From a virus: a stretch of 64,000 nucleotides of DNA. Within the stretch, counting starts at the first letter, position 1. Each line of letters starts with the position of its first letter. The translations under genes and the position numbers were made by a program. The notes under the pieces were generated by a model. That model was not told where the DNA came from and searched no databases. It saw only the letters and a list, made by a program, of their open reading frames with translations. The stretch is from positions 32,001-96,000 of the IMG/VR virus record IMGVR_UViG_3300046694_000315; one strand, 5' to 3'. Below, in pieces: positions 27,765-36,835 of the stretch.

Positions 27765-28628
27765 TCACCCGTGCCGGTGTTCGATCAGGCCCTCACGGTG
27801 GGCCTTCTCATGGGCGCGGACGGCCTTGCGCTGGTCGTGCTCCAGGAAGCGGGGACTCATCCCGTGGGCCTGGATCAGGTGCTCGTGCACGGCGTCGAGG
27901 TTGGTGTGGGTCTTGATCTTGGGTTCGACGGGGGCGGTCTTCTCGAACTGGTCGAGGTTGAGGACGTGGGCCCCGACATGGGTGTCTCCCCGGCCGCGCG
28001 CTTCGGCGAGCCGGTGGTGCGCGTCGGCGACGTACGGTGTGCCGCCCTGGATGACCACCTTCACGTGCGGGTGGTCGGGGGCCAGCGGGCCGGTGATGTA
28101 GGAGTGTGAGCCGGTCTCGTACGAGGTCTGGCCGGTGTGCAGGACGGCGCTGGTGCTGATGCTCTGGAACTTGGCGTGCTTGTTCCAGAAGGCCTCGTTG
28201 CCGTGGCTCATCTGCGGGCCGTGCTTCTCGTACCACTTGTCGTCGATCTTGGTGTCGACGACGTTGCCGTGCCCGTCGAGGTGCCCGAACTGCTGCGGGG
28301 AGTGCGGCGGGCCCATGACCATCTGCCCCTCGGACTGGGGGTAGTTGGTGCGCTCCTCGTCATGGATGAGCGTCTCGTCACGGGCGGCGCCGAGCGAGGT
28401 GACCTTGGTGAACATCCCGCCGCTGTGAGGCGTGGGATGCCCGATATGAAGTGCGCCGGGCTTGGCCTGGAGATGCAGCGGCGTGTCCTTGGTCAGGTGG
28501 TAGGCCGCGCGGAGCGCGGTCTGCTTCTGGCCTTGGGCGGAGACCCTGCTGCCCAGGGGGACCGGGAGGGCGGTCTGCTCGAACTGTGGACCGGCGGTGT
28601 CCGGCTTACTGCGGGAAGGTGCCATCAC
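27765..28628 (-). CDS. Protein with ParB/Srx-like domain
   Basis: VVIQGGTPYVADAHHRLAEARGRG. Confidence 0.6.
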   Translation of the reverse strand: MMAPSRSKPDTAGPQFEQTALPVPLGSRVSAQGQKQTALRAAYHLTKDTPLHLQAKPGALHIGHPTPHSGGMFTKVTSLGAARDETLIHDEERTNYPQSEGQMVMGPPHSPQQFGHLDGHGNVVDTKIDDKWYEKHGPQMSHGNEAFWNKHAKFQSISTSAVLHTGQTSYETGSHSYITGPLAPDHPHVKVVIQGGTPYVADAHHRLAEARGRGDTHVGAHVLNLDQFEKTAPVEPKIKTHTNLDAVHEHLIQAHGMSPRFLEHDQRKAVRAHEKAHREGLIEHRHG

Positions 28629-29617
28629 GCTCTCCTGTAGGGGGTGTTCCAGAGGGCCGCCTTGGCCAGGGCCACGGCAGCGTCATCGAGGGGAGCCCCG
28701 TACAGATCCGTTTCTTGTGCTTTGCGGGCCTCGGTCTCCGCCGTGGCGAGGGCGCTCAGGGCCTGGACGGTCCCGGCTTCCTTGTGTGCCTGCCAGCGGA
28801 AGTTGTAGTAGTCGCCGTAGCCCTCGCCGGTCCCGGAGAAGGCCATGCGGCGGCTGAGGTGGATGTCGTCGAAGAGGGCCTTGGCCTGCTCGGTGACGAT
28901 GCGCTGGGAGTCCATGGCGTTCTTCCAGGCCGGGCTGTTCTCCACGGACTGGGCGGCCTGGGAGCGCAGCAGGCCGTAGCGCTTGACGAGCAGCTCGGCC
29001 TGCTTCTGCTCGGCTTCGACGGCGGTCTTCCACTCGGCCGGGTAGAGGCTGCGCGGGTCGTCCGGCAGCTCGGGCGGGGTGATGTCCCAGCGGTCGGCGG
29101 TGAGGTTGTAGGCCGCGTAGGGGTGAATTGCGGCGATGCTGTGCGAGGTCGTACCCGGGTTCAGGTAGTAGGTGACCTCGTACGTCTGGCCGTGGAAGTT
29201 CGTGTTCGCGGTGGACGGCCACAGGTTCCGCTTGAGGTCTGTGTTCAGGAGGTCCGCGAATTCCGTTTCGCTGATTCCCTGGAAGGTGGGATTGGCCTCG
29301 TAGAACTTCGGGAAGTCGACGCCGAAGAGGACGTCGAGGTCGCCGTTTCCTCGGTCTCCGGCCCACTGGTAGGAGATGCCGGAGCCTGCGAGCCAGGCCG
29401 CTGACCAGGTGCGGGCGCCCTTGTAGCGGGCGTCGAGGAAGTTGTTCAGGATGCCGAGGATGTGGTCGCGAACGTCGGGCTTGATGTGCTTGCCGTCGAA
29501 GATGTGCGGGTCCAGTCCGCGCTGCGGCGTGCTGAAATAGCCGGATGCCCCCGCGTGAATGTCGGGCTGTGCTCCCTGGCTTACTGCTCGATTGAGGTAG
29601 AACTCGTATCCGGCCAT
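28625..29617 (-). CDS. Nucleotidyltransferase-fold protein
   Basis: LAGSGISYQW...GDLDVL; YEVTYY; AAYNLTADRW. Confidence 0.7.
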   Translation of the reverse strand: MAGYEFYLNRAVSQGAQPDIHAGASGYFSTPQRGLDPHIFDGKHIKPDVRDHILGILNNFLDARYKGARTWSAAWLAGSGISYQWAGDRGNGDLDVLFGVDFPKFYEANPTFQGISETEFADLLNTDLKRNLWPSTANTNFHGQTYEVTYYLNPGTTSHSIAAIHPYAAYNLTADRWDITPPELPDDPRSLYPAEWKTAVEAEQKQAELLVKRYGLLRSQAAQSVENSPAWKNAMDSQRIVTEQAKALFDDIHLSRRMAFSGTGEGYGDYYNFRWQAHKEAGTVQALSALATAETEARKAQETDLYGAPLDDAAVALAKAALWNTPYRRA

Positions 29618-29642
29618 GGTTTCGATTCTAGCTGGAATAGGG

Positions 29643-29677
29643 AAAGCCCCCGATTCTGCAATTGAATCGGGGGCTTT
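29643..29677. terminator. Terminator hairpin
   Basis: AAAGCCCCCGATTC...GAATCGGGGGCTTT. Confidence 0.8.
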
Positions 29678-29694
29678 AGTAGTTGCTATTTCTC

Positions 29695-30084
29695 TCAGAG
29701 TTTGAGAGAAGCGCGGAGTTGGGCCTCCTGGGCCTGCCGCTGCATCGCCTGTCCGACCATCATCATCTGCTGCTGGGTGCGCTGGGCCGTCTCCATGACG
29801 GTGAGGTCCTTCTGGACCACGGCGACGGCGCCGTAGATGTCGTCGGGGGTGGCTCCTCGCCGGGGGACGAACTTCTGGGTCAGGTCGCTGGTGGCGACGA
29901 CTGCGCCGTCCAGGCCGACCGCGACGAGGAACGCCGTGGTGACCGGGGTGCCGATCTCGTCTTCGGCGGGCGGGTGCTCGTCCGCCATCTTGGCCAGGGC
30001 CTCACGCTGCTCGGGCGTGAGGTCGTCAGTATGAAGCGCGCTGCTGTCGCTGCTGGGGGTCTGGCCGAGGATCGGGATGCTCAT
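29695..30084 (-). CDS. Hypothetical protein
   Basis: GGAG RBS, codon bias. Confidence 0.7.
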   Translation of the reverse strand: MSIPILGQTPSSDSSALHTDDLTPEQREALAKMADEHPPAEDEIGTPVTTAFLVAVGLDGAVVATSDLTQKFVPRRGATPDDIYGAVAVVQKDLTVMETAQRTQQQMMMVGQAMQRQAQEAQLRASLKL

Positions 30085-30112
30085 GTGTGCTCCAGGTATG
30101 TGTCGGGTGGGG

Positions 30113-30598
30113 TTACTTGTAGAGTCCGGCCTTCTCGCGGGCGCTCTGCACGACGAGGGAGTGGACCGGGCAGAACTCGCAGAGGTAGCGGTCCTGGGCG
30201 GACTTGTACTTCGGCAGGCCTGCCGCCTTGCGCTCGGCTGCGGTGTCCGGCGTGAGGCGCTTGGAGCCGGTCTTGTAGTCGCCGCAGCCGGGGTTGCGGG
30301 CGTGGGCCTTCCAGCAGGCGTGGGCGTCTTCCTGGAAGGTGTTCTTCGCCTCGTAGAAGGTGGTGTCGAAGCCGGTGTGGCCGGTCTTGTCCCTGATCTG
30401 GGCGATGATCGCGTCGCGGGTGCTGGGGCTGTCCCAGTGCTTCTTCTCCACGCGAAGCATCGGGTGCGCGACGTGGTTGGGGTGCTTCTGCACGAGTGCT
30501 TCCAGGAGGAAGTCGGCGCGGGGGTCGCCCTCGTAGTCGGGCAGTTCCTCCATCGTGCCGCAGGTCTTGCAGAGAAGAAGCCGTATGTGCTCGGCCAT
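30113..30598 (-). CDS. Cys-rich hypothetical protein
   Basis: CKTC...CEFCPVH. Confidence 0.7.
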   Translation of the reverse strand: MAEHIRLLLCKTCGTMEELPDYEGDPRADFLLEALVQKHPNHVAHPMLRVEKKHWDSPSTRDAIIAQIRDKTGHTGFDTTFYEAKNTFQEDAHACWKAHARNPGCGDYKTGSKRLTPDTAAERKAAGLPKYKSAQDRYLCEFCPVHSLVVQSAREKAGLYK

Positions 30599-30612
30599 GG
30601 TGTCCCTTCGAA

Positions 30613-31230
30613 TCAGTACCAGTTAGTGGCCTGGGAGTGTGCCCAGGCGGTGCAGGGTGTCCCGTATACCGCCTCGATGTATCCGAGTCCCCATCGTATC
30701 TGGGTTATTGCATTGGTTTGCCAATCCGAACCGGCGGAAGCCATCTTCGAGGCCGGTAGTGCCTGGGGTATTCCGTAGGCGCCGGAGGAGGGGTTGGTGG
30801 CGGTGACGCGCCAGTTGGACTCCTTCTCCCACAGCAGGTCCAGGCAGGCGAACTGGGTGGCTCCGACCTTGGCGAGGGCGTAGGCCTTCGGGGAGGTCGT
30901 GGCGACGACGGTGTGCGTCGGCGTTGGGGACGCGCGGGGCGTCTTCGTCGGTTTTGGCTGGTGGGAGTGGGTGGCGCTGGCGGTCGGCTTGGGGGTCTTG
31001 GTGACCTTGGGGGTGGGCGCCGGAGCCGCCGAGGTATGAAGCGAGGGACGCGTCAGGGACCGGTTGGCGGTGTCCGGAGCTGCTCGGGTGACGGTCGGCG
31101 CTGCGGCGATGCCGCTGTAGTCGACGGGCTGGCCCTGGCCGGTGATGGAGATGGCCGATACGACGGAAGCCGTAACGAGGATGGCGGACGCTGCTGCTGC
31201 TGCGACGCGGTAGCGCATGCGGTGCCTCAC
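30613..31230 (-). CDS. Secreted lytic transglycosylase (SLT-like)
   Basis: Signal peptide, PT-rich linker, LWEKESNW..NPSSGAYGIPQALP..QIRWGLGYI..YGTPC. Confidence 0.88.
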   Translation of the reverse strand: MRHRMRYRVAAAAASAILVTASVVSAISITGQGQPVDYSGIAAAPTVTRAAPDTANRSLTRPSLHTSAAPAPTPKVTKTPKPTASATHSHQPKPTKTPRASPTPTHTVVATTSPKAYALAKVGATQFACLDLLWEKESNWRVTATNPSSGAYGIPQALPASKMASAGSDWQTNAITQIRWGLGYIEAVYGTPCTAWAHSQATNWY

Positions 31231-31310
31231 TTTCGGGGACGTTCTTGCTCTTAGAACGTAACATCCCCACTACGGCATTGGAAGCCGTAATGGGGATGAC
31301 GTTGTTCAGA

Positions 31311-32177
31311 TCACGCCTTGACGGTGAACAGACCGCTGGCCTTGGCCAACTTCGTCAGCGATGCCAGGCCCGGAGCACCCTTGGCGTCGTCGCCCGTGTA
31401 GCCGCTCTTCCGGCGGAAGAGGTCGTAGCCGTCCTGCGTCTTGGTGCCCCAGGAGCCGTCCACCCACCGCGCGTCGAGGTAGCCCAGCGCCGACAGCGCC
31501 TTCTCGACGAGCAGCACGTCCGCCTTGTGGGTCGTGTGGCCGGTGGCCGCCGGGAGGTCCGCCTTGCGGGCCGCGACGACGTTGGAGACGTCCACGACCG
31601 GCTTCGCAGCGGGCTTCGGAGCCGGAGCCGGGGCGGCCGGAGCCGCCGGGGTATGAAGCGAAGGGTTCTGCGACTTCCACGCCGGGTCGGCCGACTCGAT
31701 GCCGTCCGGGTATTCCGGGTAGCCATATCCGTAGACATGCGCGTCGGTCCGGACGTGGGTCTTGGCGTAAACGCCATCCCCCTCTGCCGAACCGTTTATG
31801 TTCGTATTGCCTTCTACGCTGAAGACGTGAGTCGCGTCGAATCCGATAACGACCCCGGTGTGCTCACCTCCGCCCGGCCCGTAGAAGATTTGACTGCCGA
31901 TCGCGGGGTACGCACTGAATCGCTTCCGGGCCTTGTACCAGGAAACGCCGGTCGCGCACGAGGCGGTAACCGGGTAGGAGCCCTTCGGCAGGCCCGCCGT
32001 CTGGAAGGCCCACGCAGCGAATACCGCGCACCAGGCGCCTTCCGCGTCGTCGACCCACTCCAGGCCCGGGACCTTGTCGGCGTACTTCTCGTGGTTGTTC
32101 CAGTGGCCGTTGGAATAGCCCTCGTGGTATCCCACCTCGGCATTTACGACCTTGGTGAGATTGTCGGTCAGAGACAT
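31311..32177 (-). CDS. Endolysin (CHAP domain plus C-terminal cell-wall-binding region)
   Basis: AWCAVF, EHTGVV, VEGNT; DGSWGTKT. Confidence 0.85.
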   Translation of the reverse strand: MSLTDNLTKVVNAEVGYHEGYSNGHWNNHEKYADKVPGLEWVDDAEGAWCAVFAAWAFQTAGLPKGSYPVTASCATGVSWYKARKRFSAYPAIGSQIFYGPGGGEHTGVVIGFDATHVFSVEGNTNINGSAEGDGVYAKTHVRTDAHVYGYGYPEYPDGIESADPAWKSQNPSLHTPAAPAAPAPAPKPAAKPVVDVSNVVAARKADLPAATGHTTHKADVLLVEKALSALGYLDARWVDGSWGTKTQDGYDLFRRKSGYTGDDAKGAPGLASLTKLAKASGLFTVKA

Positions 32178-32179
32178 AT

Positions 32180-32428
32180 TCAGAATCCTGCCTGCGATGG
32201 TGGGGTCTGCACGTAGTTCGGGGTGTGGACCGGCTGGCCGTCGGGACGGATCTTGACCTCGTCCTCGTGGCGGCCGTACCACACGTCGCTGAGGTCCAGG
32301 CGGGCCCGCGTCGTTGCGGACGTCGTCACGCCGATACCGCCACGGTCGACGATGATCTTCTTGTACTTGCCGTCGGTCGCGCCCTCGTTGAGTTCTGCGT
32401 TCATGGACCGGGACTGGGCGTAAGCCAT
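32180..32428 (-). CDS. Hypothetical protein
   Basis: Coupled ORF. Confidence 0.65.
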   Translation of the reverse strand: MAYAQSRSMNAELNEGATDGKYKKIIVDRGGIGVTTSATTRARLDLSDVWYGRHEDEVKIRPDGQPVHTPNYVQTPPSQAGF

Positions 32429-32592
32429 TACTTCGCTCGCTTTCCGTTACCGTTCGCGCCCCGGCGATCGTTGAAGATGGCCAGTGGCTTAGCGGCACCG
32501 GTCGAACCCTCTTGTACCGTGCGCTTGCTGTTGTCAGACATTCCAGGGCGCCGCTTGTCGTCTGCGCGGTGCGGCTTTCTGTGCTTGGCCAT
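32428..32592 (-). CDS. Small basic protein
   Basis: MAKHRKPH..., coupled on both sides. Confidence 0.5.
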   Translation of the reverse strand: MAKHRKPHRADDKRRPGMSDNSKRTVQEGSTGAAKPLAIFNDRRGANGNGKRAK

Positions 32593-32882
32593 CAAAAGCC
32601 CCCAAGGGTCGGCCTTGAACTTCCAGAATAGCCACCTATACTGCCCACTCCGTTAGTCGGAGCTGCGAAGAGGCTATTCACGTCGAGCACGTCCTCAATT
32701 CCGAGGGCCGTGGTCCGGTATCCGTACTTCGGAGGAAACAAAGGACGGACGACAGGGGCGGGTGCTGCCTGCATGGCGAGCACGTCACCCGGGATATCGG
32801 CGACGCCGAGCGCGTCCGTGAGAATCCGCTCAGGAAGAGAGGCCCACGGACGCGTACGGTCGTATATGGAATCCGCTTGCAT
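32592..32882 (-). CDS. Hypothetical protein
   Basis: MQADSIYD start overlapping upstream stop. Confidence 0.6.
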   Translation of the reverse strand: MQADSIYDRTRPWASLPERILTDALGVADIPGDVLAMQAAPAPVVRPLFPPKYGYRTTALGIEDVLDVNSLFAAPTNGVGSIGGYSGSSRPTLGGF

Positions 32883-34141
32883 CAGAACAACTTCTGCTGG
32901 CCCGGGTGGACCTCGGTATGAAGTCCGTTGCCCTTGCCGTAGGTGTTCAGCGAGGAGTCGTGGTTGTCGCCTCGGCGGCGCTTCTCCTCCGACCACTGCG
33001 CGGACTGCATGTTGGTCAGGGAGTTGAGGCCACGCTCCTGCATCACGTTGCGGGCGACGTGGTCGTGGAAGGCGTGGATGCCCTTGATGCCCATGTAGGC
33101 CTGCTGGCTGCCGGAACCCTTCTTGTCCTCCAGGTGCGGGGCGAACGCGCCGCCACCGGAGTGGGTGTCGGACACCCAGAACTGCGAGGAGCCGTGGGGG
33201 TCGACCCACGAGTTGTGGTAGGCGCCGACCTTCTCACCGGCCGTCGGCTTCCACGCGTTCGACAACTGCTTGCCGTTGAGGACCTGGTTCGTCACGTCGA
33301 TGGCGAGGGCGTGGTTACGCGGGTAGCCGTTGACCGGGTAGGCGCGGGTGTCGCCTTCCTTCTTCACCAGTTGCGTGAACTGCTTGCCCGACTTCGAGGT
33401 GACGGTCTTCTCGACCTTGTCCTCGCGCGGGACGTAGTAGTCCGGGTGGTAGTGGTAGTCGGCGCCGGTCTTCCCGGACTTCGCCCACTTGATCGCGTGG
33501 CTGGCCGCCTCGTCGTTGGGGTAGACCGCCTTGCCCGTCTCCTTGTCCGGCCGCACGAAGACGTTCTGCGGGGACGTGATGGCGTTCGCAGCGGCCTGGA
33601 CGCCGAAGGGCACCCCGTTCTCCTTCGCGGACGTCTTCAGGCGCGCACGAGGGGACAGGGAGCCGTCACGGGTGTGGTCCTGGGCCGGGCTGTAGAACGA
33701 GTCGTGGTGCCCACCCTCGTGGGCGTAGGCACGGTCGACCTGCGCGGCCAGCGCGCGGTGCGCGGACTCGGGGGTGACACCGAACTTGGCGGCCGACCGC
33801 AGCACGCGGGACTGCTCGGCGGGCGTGTGGTCCTCCCACCGACGGTTGACCGGCATCATGTCCTTGACCGGGTTCATGGTGTGCTGGCCGTGCCAGACAT
33901 CAGATCCCTCCGGGCCCGCCAACTCCATCTGGCCGTGGAGGTTCGGAGCCTTGTCGGTGTTGCCCATCAGCCGGTACGACTGGCGGGGACTGGCACCGGC
34001 ACCGGGCTTGTCCTGGATGGTCTGGAACCGCTCGGGGTTGGCGGCCTCGTAGGACTGCCGCTTGGCCGACGCGTCCTTGACGGTCTTGTTGTAGGTGCGG
34101 GTATCCGCAGCCTTCTGTGCGGGGGTCTTGCTCGCAGCCAT
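32882..34141 (-). CDS. Hypothetical protein, distant HhH-GPD glycosylase-like (DUF7178-like)
   Basis: AITSPQ...GEKVGAY..N...SDTHS...MQSAQW pattern. Confidence 0.5.
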   Translation of the reverse strand: MAASKTPAQKAADTRTYNKTVKDASAKRQSYEAANPERFQTIQDKPGAGASPRQSYRLMGNTDKAPNLHGQMELAGPEGSDVWHGQHTMNPVKDMMPVNRRWEDHTPAEQSRVLRSAAKFGVTPESAHRALAAQVDRAYAHEGGHHDSFYSPAQDHTRDGSLSPRARLKTSAKENGVPFGVQAAANAITSPQNVFVRPDKETGKAVYPNDEAASHAIKWAKSGKTGADYHYHPDYYVPREDKVEKTVTSKSGKQFTQLVKKEGDTRAYPVNGYPRNHALAIDVTNQVLNGKQLSNAWKPTAGEKVGAYHNSWVDPHGSSQFWVSDTHSGGGAFAPHLEDKKGSGSQQAYMGIKGIHAFHDHVARNVMQERGLNSLTNMQSAQWSEEKRRRGDNHDSSLNTYGKGNGLHTEVHPGQQKLF

Positions 34142-34145
34142 CGGG

Positions 34146-34700
34146 CTACCTCCACTGGTCTGGGGAGTTGTGGGGGGACGCCGACGGCAGCAACTTCCGC
34201 AGCCGTTCGGAGCGCACAGGGTCGATGTCGGCCATGACCTCGGCGACGCCGTACTTCTGCTGGAGAGCGGCCATCTCTGCCGGGGACAGGGCGTTGACCT
34301 TGCCGCCGTGGGCGAGGCGCTCGGTGATGTCGCCCTTCTGCGTCCACTTCAGGCCCCGGGCCTGGTAGACCAGACCGGCCTGCGGGTTGACGGATCCGAC
34401 GTCGGGCCACACGTAGTCGCCGGGGTCGATCTTGTCGCCCTTGTGCACGCCCCTTTGATAGGAGCGGTCGGTGAGGCGCTTCTGGACGCCCTGGAGCACT
34501 CTGTCCTGGCGCCGGTCGTTGATGGTGCCGAGATATCCGTCGGGATACTCGGCGGAAGGGACGCGGGCACCCATGGCAGCACGCCGGGCGTCCAGCGGAT
34601 CGCGGAAGGAAAGAGCATCTGTACCTGCTCCGCCATTCGCACGAACCGGGGCGCCCGGCTGACCTATGCCCATAGGTGGCAGGTATTGCCAGTTAGACAT
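34146..34700 (-). CDS. Hypothetical protein
   Basis: PSAEYPDGYLGTI..SYQRGVHKG. Confidence 0.7.
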   Translation of the reverse strand: MSNWQYLPPMGIGQPGAPVRANGGAGTDALSFRDPLDARRAAMGARVPSAEYPDGYLGTINDRRQDRVLQGVQKRLTDRSYQRGVHKGDKIDPGDYVWPDVGSVNPQAGLVYQARGLKWTQKGDITERLAHGGKVNALSPAEMAALQQKYGVAEVMADIDPVRSERLRKLLPSASPHNSPDQWR

Positions 34701-34713
34701 GGCTGCCTACGAC

Positions 34714-35055
34714 TCACATTCCCTGTCGGTACTGACGCCGGAGGTAGAAGTCGCGGTTACCGATGGCGGAAGGGACCGTCACGGTGTTGCGCTGGACGAG
34801 GCCAGCCTCGGCGGCATTCGCCTGGTAAAGGACAGCGGTCGGCCGCAGGGAGGCGCCGTTCCGCTCCAGGATGTTGGGGCGGTGGGAAGCGGTAGCCGCC
34901 TCCAGGAATCCACCCTTGGACTGGTTCTTCTTCGGGACGGACCGGCCCTTGATGGGCTTGGCCACATTCCCGACCCGGGACGCTGCGGTACCCATGGTCG
35001 GACGCAACGACGGGTCATTCGTCGTCACGAGGTTGTCGCTCTTCTTCTTCGCCAC
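34714..35055 (-). CDS. Basic hypothetical protein
   Basis: AAGGAG RBS before GTG; MAKKKSDN. Confidence 0.6.
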   Translation of the reverse strand: MAKKKSDNLVTTNDPSLRPTMGTAASRVGNVAKPIKGRSVPKKNQSKGGFLEAATASHRPNILERNGASLRPTAVLYQANAAEAGLVQRNTVTVPSAIGNRDFYLRRQYRQGM

Positions 35056-35065
35056 TTCTGGCTCC

Positions 35066-35344
35066 TTAGCCGCCGAGGGTTCGGTACGGGTTCTTGTCGA
35101 TCCACAGCCGCTTGTCGTACGTCTGGGAGGACGCGCCATTTGCAGACGGCGCGAATCCTCCGCCGATACGCTTTCGGTCGTAGTCCTGGGAGCCCAGACC
35201 GTTGGCGGAACCGCGTACCTGGGTCTCGTCGAAGACTGAGGTCGGCGTGAATCGCTGGGTATGGACCGGCTGGGCCGACGGGTACTTCGTTTCCATGGCA
35301 CCGGTCGAAAAGGACCCATTTCGTCCGTCCGATACACCATTCAT
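35066..35344 (-). CDS. Hypothetical protein
   Basis: GGAGG RBS. Confidence 0.6.
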   Translation of the reverse strand: MNGVSDGRNGSFSTGAMETKYPSAQPVHTQRFTPTSVFDETQVRGSANGLGSQDYDRKRIGGGFAPSANGASSQTYDKRLWIDKNPYRTLGG

Positions 35345-35402
35345 TTCGCCTCCGTGGGATCCTTCCCAGTGTAAAGACGGAATGGCGGCGGTTTAGAACT
35401 CG

Positions 35403-35705
35403 TCAGTGGACGAGGATCCGCAGGAGGATCGCGCTGATTTCTCCGGCATCGGGGGTGTTCACCGTGGTGAATCCGGGTCGGGTATCGAGGACGATTCCCC
35501 GGGGGGCGACGAAACTGTTGGCGATGGCGATTGCCTTGACGCCCTGGTTCACTGCTCCGGCTCCGATGGCCCGCAGGGTGACGCGCTTGCCGTCGTAGAC
35601 GGCGTGAGAGATGGCGCTGGCCACGCTGGCGGCGGACGACGAACTCTTGACCCGGAGGATGACCTCGTTACCGGCCCCCTCGTCGGCGTCGAACTGAACT
35701 CCCAT
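35403..35705 (-). CDS. spoVS: SpoVS-family (Alba-like) protein
   Basis: SVASAI..AIGAGAVNQGVKAIAIA..FVAPRG..PGF matches the SpoVS signature. Confidence 0.88.
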   Translation of the reverse strand: MGVQFDADEGAGNEVILRVKSSSSAASVASAISHAVYDGKRVTLRAIGAGAVNQGVKAIAIANSFVAPRGIVLDTRPGFTTVNTPDAGEISAILLRILVH

Positions 35706-35776
35706 TTGTTTCTCCTGTTGCTCCGATTTGCATCACATTTTGAGAATACGGAGCGGCGGGAATCTTGTGTTAATGA

Positions 35777-35816
35777 CAACAGGCCCCGGGGCGTCGTCTC
35801 CACCCGGGGCCTGTTG
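35777..35816. terminator. Terminator hairpin
   Basis: CAACAGGCCCCGGG...CCCGGGGCCTGTTG. Confidence 0.75.
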
Positions 35817-35828
35817 CGAATCGAGTTG

Positions 35829-36236
35829 CTACTTCTCTGCGTACCAGGAACCTATTGCCTGTGCGGGTGGGGTTTCGAGGTACGACTTGGCCCGCTCGAA
35901 GAATGCGGGATCATCGCGGGCGTGGCCTAGGAGGTTGTTGCAGGGGCGGCATAGCAGTCCCCGGACAAGCAGGGTTTTGTGGTCGTGGTCGACCGAAAGG
36001 CGCCGGGTGGCTCCGGTGGCCCGTCGGCAGATCGCGCACTTCCCGCCCTGCGCCGCGTAAAGGGTGTCGTAGGTCCCGTCTCCGAGTCCGTACGTGGCCT
36101 GTACGCGCTTCTGGTGGGCGGCCGTGCTGCGGCGCTGCTTCTCTTCGCGCCAGTGCGTGGCGCACCGTGGGCCGGGGTTGGGCGCTGGGCGCTTGCTCCC
36201 CGGCTCGCAGTCCTTGCAGACCTTGGGGGTGGTCAC
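35829..36236 (-). CDS. Endonuclease VII-like protein
   Basis: QGGKCAIC..VDHDH..VRGLLCRPCN. Confidence 0.88.
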   Translation of the reverse strand: MTTPKVCKDCEPGSKRPAPNPGPRCATHWREEKQRRSTAAHQKRVQATYGLGDGTYDTLYAAQGGKCAICRRATGATRRLSVDHDHKTLLVRGLLCRPCNNLLGHARDDPAFFERAKSYLETPPAQAIGSWYAEK

Positions 36237-36835
36237 GCGAAGGCCAGGATGTCCCTGACCTTGGTATGAAGGTCTTCGAGGGTGCCGTCGTTGATCAGGC
36301 GGACGTCGAACCACTTGTCGGGCAGGGGCTTCTCGGACTTGTGGTCGTTGACCGCACCGACGCCGGGCCGCTCGATCTTGACGAGCATGCCGAGGCGGGA
36401 GTCGATGGCGTGGTGCTCGTTCTCGAACCGCAGGTCGGTGAAGACGTACTTCTTGTCCTTGTCCAGGCCCTTGAAGGCGGCGTCGACCCACACGTTCTGG
36501 TCGATCATCTCGCGGCCGACTTCGGTGCCGATGACCTGGAGCATCCGGCGGATCTCGGGGTAGGCGCGCTTGGCCTCGTCCCACCCGATGGTGTCCACGA
36601 TGTCCTTCACGCGGATGTCCTGGCCGTCGGTGCCGAAGAGCACGACGGGGTTGAGGACGTACAGGGCCTCGCGGAGTTTGTCGGCGAAGGCGACGCGGGT
36701 GTAGCCGTAGTCGGCGAGGATCTTGGCGACGGCGTCCTTGCCCGCGCCGGGGAAGCCGTGGAGGCCGATGAACTGCGGGAGCCAGGACTCGACGATGTCG
36801 TGGCCGTCGGTGGTGTTGGTGGTGGCGGTGCTCAC
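36233..36835 (-). CDS. Deoxynucleoside monophosphate kinase
   Basis: GFPGAGKD, FADKLR, LQVIGTE, DLRFENE, HKSE. Confidence 0.88.
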   Translation of the reverse strand: MSTATTNTTDGHDIVESWLPQFIGLHGFPGAGKDAVAKILADYGYTRVAFADKLREALYVLNPVVLFGTDGQDIRVKDIVDTIGWDEAKRAYPEIRRMLQVIGTEVGREMIDQNVWVDAAFKGLDKDKKYVFTDLRFENEHHAIDSRLGMLVKIERPGVGAVNDHKSEKPLPDKWFDVRLINDGTLEDLHTKVRDILAFA

